Assembly (NCBI RefSeq): GCF_000016745.1
Contig: NC_009483.1
Span: forward strand, 3,720,001-3,752,000
DNA length: 32,000 nucleotides
From: Geotalea uraniireducens Rf4
GTDB taxonomy: Bacteria > Desulfobacterota > Desulfuromonadia > Geobacterales > Geobacteraceae
Direction: 5' to 3'
The notes below the pieces were generated by a model. It was not told the DNA's origin. It did no database searches and worked only from the letters and a program-made list of their open reading frames with translations. A program made the position numbers and the translations under genes. Below, one piece after another: positions 26,100 through 32,000 of this stretch. Numbering within the stretch: position 1 is the stretch's first letter; each line of letters opens with the position of its first letter.

Positions 26100-27509
26100 T
26101 CAACACGACCCGCTTCTTGCAAACACCACCCAGAAAGTCTTTAACAGGATTTTGATATCCAACCAAAGGGTCCACCGGTCGATATACTCCAGGTCAAGCC
26201 GCACCACCTCGTCAAAATCCTGGATCTGATTGCGGCCGCTGACCTGCCAAAGGCCTGTGATACCCGGCTTGATGCAGATACGTTTGCGGTGCCAGTTCTG
26301 GTAATTGGCGACCTCGTCAGGGGTAGGCGGACGGGTGCCGACCAGGCTCATCTCTCCGCGCAGAACGTTCCAGAACTGGGGGAGTTCATCAAGACTGGTC
26401 TTCCTGATGAATTTACCAACCCGAGTGATGCGAGGATCGTCCTTGATCTTGAAAATGGCGCCGTTCATCTCGTTAAGGTGCATCAATTCATTTTTACGTG
26501 CCTCAGCGTCAAGATACATGGAGCGAAACTTCCAGCATTTAAAAGTACGGCCGCTCTCACCCACCCGTTGCTGGCCGAAAAAGAACGGCCCTTTAGAATT
26601 AATTTTGATGGCAACGGCTATAAAGGGGAAAAGAATGGCGGTTGCCAGTAAACCGACAACGGCGCCGATGATGTCCAGACACCGCTTGAGAAAGAGCTGG
26701 TCTGTATCAAACGCCTTGCAGTAAAAAGTCAGCATAGGAACCGCATCATGAAACAGGCTCAATTCTGTTCTTGATCTTGGAGCGTCATAAAAATCCAGCA
26801 CCATTCTCACCGTGATTCCCATCTCTTCCAATTCACGCAGGTAATCCTCCATGTCCGGTAAAGTCTGCCTGGAAACACAGAAAACGACTTCATCTACCGT
26901 GTTCTCTTTACAAACCTCCACCAGATCATCCAATTGTCCCAGCAGATTGGGAGCAGCTAGTGCCCCTATTTCCGATTCATCGGCAAGTTCCAAAACACCG
27001 GCAACCTTCAGCCCCCAGTCGTCATGCTGCCCTACGAGCTCACAAAAACAGCGTGCTTTGTCATCGGTACCGACAATCAGGATATTCCGGGTATTGTACC
27101 CCTGCCTGCGAATGTAGGCCAGACAAAGCTTCAGCGCTATTTTATCCAGCGACAGGAGGAAAAAGGAGAAAACCAAGAAAGAACCGATAAGTCCGCGGCT
27201 TAACCCATGGGGTTCTATAAAATATATTACGGATGAAATGACAATCCCGCCAATTGCATTAACCTTCATCAACGATGCAAGGATTTGTCCGAGAGGGCGG
27301 GTCCGCATGGATGCGTAAAGACCGAAATGGGCCATGAGGAAATACCAGGTGGGAATGGCAAAGAGCAAGATCCAGAGGTAATCCCTTAATTCAGACAGCC
27401 CCCCTGCCAATTTGCGCGCATGGTAAGCCATGACAAAGGCAGCTAGAACCGTAACCAAATCTGTGACAGCCGCAATCCTATTAAACAATTTCGCTTGTTG
27501 TTTAAGCAT
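26100..27509 (-). CDS. Exopolysaccharide priming enzyme: polyprenyl glycosylphosphotransferase (WbaP/EpsB type, Bac_transf domain)
   Basis: It has N-terminal TM helices, a central Rossmann-like region (RNILIVGTDD) and a C-terminal Bac_transf domain: FKCWKFRSMY...IFKIKDDPRITRVGKFIRKTSLDELPQFWNVLRGEMSLVGTRP. Confidence 0.9.
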   Translation of the reverse strand: MLKQQAKLFNRIAAVTDLVTVLAAFVMAYHARKLAGGLSELRDYLWILLFAIPTWYFLMAHFGLYASMRTRPLGQILASLMKVNAIGGIVISSVIYFIEPHGLSRGLIGSFLVFSFFLLSLDKIALKLCLAYIRRQGYNTRNILIVGTDDKARCFCELVGQHDDWGLKVAGVLELADESEIGALAAPNLLGQLDDLVEVCKENTVDEVVFCVSRQTLPDMEDYLRELEEMGITVRMVLDFYDAPRSRTELSLFHDAVPMLTFYCKAFDTDQLFLKRCLDIIGAVVGLLATAILFPFIAVAIKINSKGPFFFGQQRVGESGRTFKCWKFRSMYLDAEARKNELMHLNEMNGAIFKIKDDPRITRVGKFIRKTSLDELPQFWNVLRGEMSLVGTRPPTPDEVANYQNWHRKRICIKPGITGLWQVSGRNQIQDFDEVVRLDLEYIDRWTLWLDIKILLKTFWVVFARSGSC

Positions 27510-27627
27510 TTCTCAGCATTATCTTTCCCGGCTTAAATTCAAACAAAATTGCCGTAACAGTTAAAATAAATAGTGCGGATTTTGCACAACCATTGCGATA
27601 TCAGGGTACGCGGAACAAAGTAAAGGT

Positions 27628-28704
27628 CTTCAATTAACCTGATTGGCCCTCATCTTCAGCCAATGGAGAAAAGGACGTATTCTGTCACATGTCTAGAGTA
27701 GTGTCATAGTGAAATAAGCCAAGGAGGCCACTATGACGAAGAATCACTTTCAGTTTCAACAAGGGCTCAGCTTGAACGACTTTTTGTACAGCTATGGCAC
27801 TGAAGAGCAATGTTCAGCGATCTTGGAAAAGAGCCGCTGGCCCCAGGGTTTCAAATGTCCTTCCTGTCAGAGTACCAGCCACTGTGTAGTCTGGCATGCA
27901 CAAGTCAAAACATTTCAGTGCAATCGGTGTCATACCCAGACAACGCTGACCGCAGGCTCGATTTTTCACTCAACCAAGTTGCCGCTGGTCCAATGGTTTC
28001 AGGCCATGTACTTTCTCACGCAAACCAAGAACAATGTCTCGGCTCTGGAGTTGAAGCGCCTGATCGGTGTTTGCTACAAAACCGCATGGCGTGTGAAGCA
28101 CAAGCTCATGCAAGTTATGGTTGAACAGGAGCAGGACACGATTTTGCTCGGCCGGGTCGAAGTAGATGATGCCTACCTGGGTGGAGAAAACCCAGGAGGC
28201 AAGGCCGGGCGAGGTTCGGAAAACAAGACGCCGTTTATTGCTGCTGTTGAAACCAATGAAAAGGGCCATCCACTTCGTGCTGTGTTTACAAAGGTGCCAG
28301 CCTTTAACCGCGAAGTAGTCACCGAATGGGCAAAACGGTCACTGTCAGCTTCAGCGACAGTGGTAAGCGACGGACTGGCCTGCTTTCGTGCAGTTACCGA
28401 GGCTGGATGTTTCCATACCCCAACCATTGTCGGGAAGAAACGCAAGAGTACCGACATTGTGTGTTTCAATTGGGTCAATACCATTCTCGGCAACCTCAAG
28501 ACGTCGATCTCTGGAACGTACCATGCATTTGATTTCGAAAAGTATGGAACTCGTTACCTGGCTGAGGTTCAATACCGATTCAACCGCCGGAAGGATCTGC
28601 GCGGCATGCTCTCGCGACTGATCTCGGCGGCGGCTACTACTGGCAAGCATCCCGAGCACAATCTCAGACTGGCTGAAGATTGGCGCTAATCAGGTCAATT
28701 AATG
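27628..28704 (+). mobile_element. IS1595-family insertion sequence, about 1.08 kb
   Basis: A single transposase ORF is flanked by imperfect terminal inverted repeats at 27628-27662 and 28670-28704. The core is CCTGATT-N7-ATCTTCAGCCA in both, with 28 of 35 positions matching by hand alignment. The transposase stop codon lies inside the right repeat. I could not identify a clean target-site duplication. Confidence 0.78.
27733..28689 (+). CDS. IS1595-family transposase (N-terminal zinc ribbon plus DDE_Tnp_IS1595)
   Basis: The zinc-ribbon region reads RWPQGFKCPSCQS...FQCNRCHTQTTLTAGSIFHSTKLPLVQWFQAMYFL, and the DDE region contains EVDDAYLGG. It is 318 aa. Confidence 0.88.
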   Translation: MTKNHFQFQQGLSLNDFLYSYGTEEQCSAILEKSRWPQGFKCPSCQSTSHCVVWHAQVKTFQCNRCHTQTTLTAGSIFHSTKLPLVQWFQAMYFLTQTKNNVSALELKRLIGVCYKTAWRVKHKLMQVMVEQEQDTILLGRVEVDDAYLGGENPGGKAGRGSENKTPFIAAVETNEKGHPLRAVFTKVPAFNREVVTEWAKRSLSASATVVSDGLACFRAVTEAGCFHTPTIVGKKRKSTDIVCFNWVNTILGNLKTSISGTYHAFDFEKYGTRYLAEVQYRFNRRKDLRGMLSRLISAAATTGKHPEHNLRLAEDWR

Positions 28705-28909
28705 ATAAAACTTTGCCTGGATTTACAAGAAAATGGTGAATGCGTTCGCATGTGGCTCACGTTTTAACATGATACAGTTAACATGTAAAGCCATCGATAA
28801 AATGGAGTACGCGATTTCCACGTTCACTCGGTCGCGAATTTCGTAGAGCTTAAAACGTGTTAGCATTCAATTTCTCTCATATGTATCTTCAAAACAAACT
28901 CAAGCGGTA

Positions 28910-29854
28910 TTATACTTGTTTTAAAGGCGTGAAAAACAGTGCCGACGTAAACAACTCAGGTATACTTCGATGGGTGATATAGCTGGTATAGATACCCCTG
29001 GCACCTAATTTTTTAACATCGGCGGCAATAAAGGGATCATTTACGGGGTGGGTAAGGATTACTAAATCACGCGGGAAGTCCCCTTTTTGTTCAACAAATC
29101 GCTGTAGAGTCAGGGTAATGACTTTTACATCGTATTTTTTTGAATAGTCGAAAATCTGGCGATTAGTTAGAGCACTACGATATGACGTGAATATCTCACC
29201 AGCAAACAAACCGTCCTTGCGTATAAATGGCAGCTGTTCAAAGTCATACACCTGTGGGATGAATGATTTGCCCAGGTTCTGATCACCAACAGCATTTCTG
29301 ATCATCCCGTAGGCATCATAGAAGCGGTTTTTAACATCAAGCACAAAAGAGACAGCAGGATTTTTGCGGGCATAACTGACGATGTCATCAAAACGGCAGG
29401 GATCCTGCCCCTTTGATCGGCATACAGCCAGATAATCAGCATATCGCATCGCATTTATCTCCGTCTCATCGCCACCATGGTAGCACACCAACACATTATC
29501 TGCTGTCAGCGAAATATCCACCTCATACACACGGAAGCCTCGCTCTCTCCCTTTTACCAATGTTTTAATGGTGTTATCTCCACCGTAAAGTTTTGGACCA
29601 AGGCCGTGGGCGATTACAAGAAATGGCTCAGCCCCAAGCCAGGAATAATCATCTACAGCATGCGAGGCCACTAACATTGAATCACGTGGTTTCTGCTGGT
29701 GAAGATACAGCCGGTACAACGAACCATTGAAAAGCACCGCGTCTGAACGAAGGAACAGCTGTTTCAGGAAGGCACGGTTCTCATTTTGTAGCAACCCGAA
29801 GATGATTATTACAAACTGAATAACGATCAACAACCTTGTTAAATATGATCTCAT
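28910..29854 (-). CDS. Membrane-anchored glycerophosphodiester-phosphodiesterase-like (GDPD/PI-PLC-X fold) protein, divergent
   Basis: It has an N-terminal TM segment (LLIVIQFVIIIFGLL). The stretch VIAHGLGPKLYGGDNTIKTLVKGRERGFRVYEVDISLTADNVLVCYHG aligns with the GDPD pattern AH(R)G..(E)NT......G....E.D...T.D...V..H(D), but with R to G, E to D and D to G substitutions. The functional call is tentative. Confidence 0.5.
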   Translation of the reverse strand: MRSYLTRLLIVIQFVIIIFGLLQNENRAFLKQLFLRSDAVLFNGSLYRLYLHQQKPRDSMLVASHAVDDYSWLGAEPFLVIAHGLGPKLYGGDNTIKTLVKGRERGFRVYEVDISLTADNVLVCYHGGDETEINAMRYADYLAVCRSKGQDPCRFDDIVSYARKNPAVSFVLDVKNRFYDAYGMIRNAVGDQNLGKSFIPQVYDFEQLPFIRKDGLFAGEIFTSYRSALTNRQIFDYSKKYDVKVITLTLQRFVEQKGDFPRDLVILTHPVNDPFIAADVKKLGARGIYTSYITHRSIPELFTSALFFTPLKQV

Positions 29855-30939
29855 CGACTGATTTCCTGCACCTTTGGAATGAGTTCAATCATTGGAACTG
29901 ATTTTTTGTCGTACAAACCATCTTTAGAACGCATCAGAAATGGGGGGTTATGGTCTCCGACGACAATAAAACGTGTTGGCGGAATACCTGGATCAGAAAC
30001 CAGCTTTCCAAGCGCTTCAAACGTGGAATTGAGTATTGCTGAAAGGTTGCATATATCCTGATGTTCCGAAGAAAGGTCAAATTGACCGCATGCAAAATGG
30101 GAAGGGTGATCAGGTGAGGCATAAGGGTAGTGTGAGTTTAGCGTAAGCCAGTAAATGAATTTCGGTGCACTTGCAGCGCCCTGTGCTACAAGCACCTGCT
30201 TGATCAAGGACGGTACCGTATCATCACAAATGCCACGAAAACTTGTGGAACCGCATCGTTCGTGGACGGGTTGAAGTTTGTCAATATCGTTAATAAACAG
30301 ACTTGTGCGAAATCCGGCTTGAGGATACCATTCATTCCTGCCGAAAAATACCGGCATAAATCCATGCAGCGCAACGGTTTCATAGCCTTTGGCAGCAAAC
30401 AGTGCAGGAAGAGATGTCCCCGATACGACATCTTCCGGATCTGAAGCACGTCGTGCATACAGTTCACGGAGTTCAGCTGACACCGTTGCTCCATAAAACG
30501 GCACCGTTGCACGACGCACCTGATAACGCGATAACGGGCTGGGATTGGTCAGCGGTGCTACTATGGCCTGATTAAGAGCGGTATCATTGGAGAGTCCCCA
30601 AGACTCGACAATCACTAGTACAACATGCTGCAGTGGCAAGATGCCCGCAGTAAGATCAGCACGTACACCTGACATTGCATACTCATTTGGGCCAAGTTCC
30701 TTTTGTGGAATTTTTCGTTTCGTAATAGATGCCTTAATGTCGCGGCCAACTTTCACCAGCGCCGAACCGGCAATGTTATAGTTAAAATACGTAGCATCAC
30801 TCAAGCGCGCAACAAAATTGGAGCCATTCAATACATCAAGCAATACAAGGCACAGTGGAACTACCAGCAATACTTTTCTACCTTGCAGGTTGTGTCTTTG
30901 TAAGGTGACTGATTCTCTCTTGAACGTCAGATACCACAT
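29851..30939 (-). CDS. Alkaline-phosphatase-superfamily (sulfatase domain; LtaS/MdoB phosphoglycerol-transferase-like) protein with a single N-terminal TM segment
   Basis: Motifs include VVLVIVESWG, FYGATVSAELREL (the nucleophile-region pattern G-x-T-x-x-x-E), ALHGF..FFGRNEWYPQAGF, LNSHYPY and VVGDHNPPF. Its stop overlaps the downstream GDPD-like ATG as ATGA at 29851-29854. Confidence 0.58.
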   Translation of the reverse strand: MWYLTFKRESVTLQRHNLQGRKVLLVVPLCLVLLDVLNGSNFVARLSDATYFNYNIAGSALVKVGRDIKASITKRKIPQKELGPNEYAMSGVRADLTAGILPLQHVVLVIVESWGLSNDTALNQAIVAPLTNPSPLSRYQVRRATVPFYGATVSAELRELYARRASDPEDVVSGTSLPALFAAKGYETVALHGFMPVFFGRNEWYPQAGFRTSLFINDIDKLQPVHERCGSTSFRGICDDTVPSLIKQVLVAQGAASAPKFIYWLTLNSHYPYASPDHPSHFACGQFDLSSEHQDICNLSAILNSTFEALGKLVSDPGIPPTRFIVVGDHNPPFLMRSKDGLYDKKSVPMIELIPKVQEISR

Positions 30940-31030
30940 TATCAGGCTCCTCGACGAATTGAGTGGGTAGCCTGGGCCGGGTTGATGTAAGATAGGCCAC
31001 CATCACTCAGCCTGGAGGTTAGTAATCGCT

Positions 31031-32000
31031 ATGAATCCTGAAGATCTTTTTGGTGCTGCTCTTGGAATTGCCATCCCGTGGAAGGTTACCTCTGTTGACT
31101 TCAACAAGAAGTCAAGTCGTTTGGACATAACCATCGACTTCCAGCGGGGAGCCACCTTTCCCTGTCCGGTCTGCGGAACGTTGTCACCAGTCCATGACAC
31201 CACGGAGAAAGAGTGGCGGCATCTGAATTTCTTCCAGTACGAAGCCTACCTTCATGCGCGTGTTCCACGGGTAAAGTGCCCTAACAGCGACTGCGGCGTG
31301 AAGTTGGTCCAGGTACCCTGGGCTCGCGCAGGCTCAGGATTTACGCTGCTGTTTGAGGCCCTGGCCATGACCATGGCTCGTGATTTGCCGGTGAAGGTCA
31401 TGAGCAGGCTGTTTGCCGTTACCGATACCCGTCTATGGCGGTTGATTCAATCCTATGTCGAGAAGGCAAGGGCCGCAGAAGACTTCTCCGAGGTGAAGAG
31501 GGTCGGTGCGGATGAAACCTTTGCCGGGCGCAGTCATGACGAGAAATTCGTCACCTTCTTCTTCGACCTCGACATGCATAAGCTCTTGTTCGGCACGACG
31601 GGAAAGGACAACGAAACAGTCAAGAGCTTCGTCGCGGACCTTAAGTCACATGGCGGCGATCCTGATAGCATCACAGACGCTGCTATTGACATGTCCAAGG
31701 CATTCATAAAGGGTGTCAAAGAGCAGTTGCCCCATGCCGTGGTCACCTTCGATAAATTCCACGTCATCAAGCTTATGAACGATAAGCTTAGTAAGATAAG
31801 GGCTCAAGAAGCCAGGTTATTTCCTGAAATCCTGAAAAAGAGCAGAAACCTGTTCCTCAAAAATCCAGAGAACCTGACACCGGAAGAGGAACAGCGCCTG
31901 GATGCCATTATCACCAGTCAAAGCTTAAGGAGTACGGAAGCTTACATGCACAAGCTGAACCTTCAGAACGTCTATTTTGCTTCAAGCCGAACGGAGGCAG
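31031..32000 (+). CDS. ISL3-family transposase, N-terminal 323 codons; continues beyond the window
   Basis: It is absent from the ORF track because no stop falls within the window. From the ATG at 31031 it reads MNPEDLFGAALGIAIPWKVTSVDFNKKSSRLDITIDFQRGATFPCPVCGTLSPVHDTTEKEWRHLNFFQYEAYLHARVPRVKCPNSDCGVKLVQVPWARAGSGFTLLFE...GADETFAGRSHDEKFVTFFFDLD...AIDMSKAFIKGV...FDKFHVIKLMN. These match the zf-ISL3 and DDE_Tnp_ISL3 patterns. Confidence 0.88.
   Translation, partial: MNPEDLFGAALGIAIPWKVTSVDFNKKSSRLDITIDFQRGATFPCPVCGTLSPVHDTTEKEWRHLNFFQYEAYLHARVPRVKCPNSDCGVKLVQVPWARAGSGFTLLFEALAMTMARDLPVKVMSRLFAVTDTRLWRLIQSYVEKARAAEDFSEVKRVGADETFAGRSHDEKFVTFFFDLDMHKLLFGTTGKDNETVKSFVADLKSHGGDPDSITDAAIDMSKAFIKGVKEQLPHAVVTFDKFHVIKLMNDKLSKIRAQEARLFPEILKKSRNLFLKNPENLTPEEEQRLDAIITSQSLRSTEAYMHKLNLQNVYFASSRTEA

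Noticed and set aside
27620-28712. A target-site duplication for the IS1595-family element.
   Set aside because: The flanking octamers, GTAAAGGT and ATAAAACT, share only TAAA. I do not claim direct repeats, and the exact IS ends remain uncertain by a few nt.
28763-28859. A 10-bp inverted repeat, CACGTTTTAA ... TTAAAACGTG, about 80 bp apart downstream of the IS1595 element.
   Set aside because: It does not extend beyond 10 bp and has no T-run or associated ORF. I cannot distinguish it from chance or from a relic of an older element end.

Overview
The window has two parts. Gene content and order suggest a Geobacter/Desulfuromonadales-like chromosome, but that is my inference and needs a database search.

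**Positions 1-14.8 kb: conserved housekeeping block, about 53% G+C on hand-counted lines.**
- Minus strand: rnc, radical-SAM gene, era, der, then a partial DUF4388 gene.
- Plus strand: tmk, holB, PSP1/yaaT-like gene, metG.
- A DUF218 gene and rpmB follow.
- Minus strand: yicC, gmk, rpoZ, rel(spoT), ridA.

**Positions 14.8-32 kb: accessory, mosaic region.**
- Three toxin-antitoxin modules: RHH-PIN VapBC, MNT-HEPN, and an AbrB-type antitoxin whose PIN toxin is truncated.
- An exopolysaccharide-type locus: galE, GT2, GT4, GT2, a methyltransferase-fold gene, a GT4 remnant, a priming polyprenyl glycosylphosphotransferase and a Wzi-like outer-membrane protein.
- A DUF4143 AAA ATPase preceded by three phased palindromic operator-like sites.
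- Gene remnants, an IS1595-family element and a partial ISL3-family transposase. The two IS elements bracket a GDPD-like / LtaS-like gene pair.

**Observations most worth a second look:**
- A family of heptanucleotide tandem arrays in three spacers of the yicC-gmk-rpoZ-rel-ridA region.
- A very AT-rich glycosyltransferase cassette whose upstream junction falls inside a GT2 gene.
- The TAATC-N3-GATTA x3 array in front of the ATPase.
- The IS-bracketed glycerophosphate-type pair.

I found no rRNA, tRNA or CRISPR array. No element here can be shown from sequence alone to be a new system. All family calls rest on motifs I recognise by eye, not on searches.
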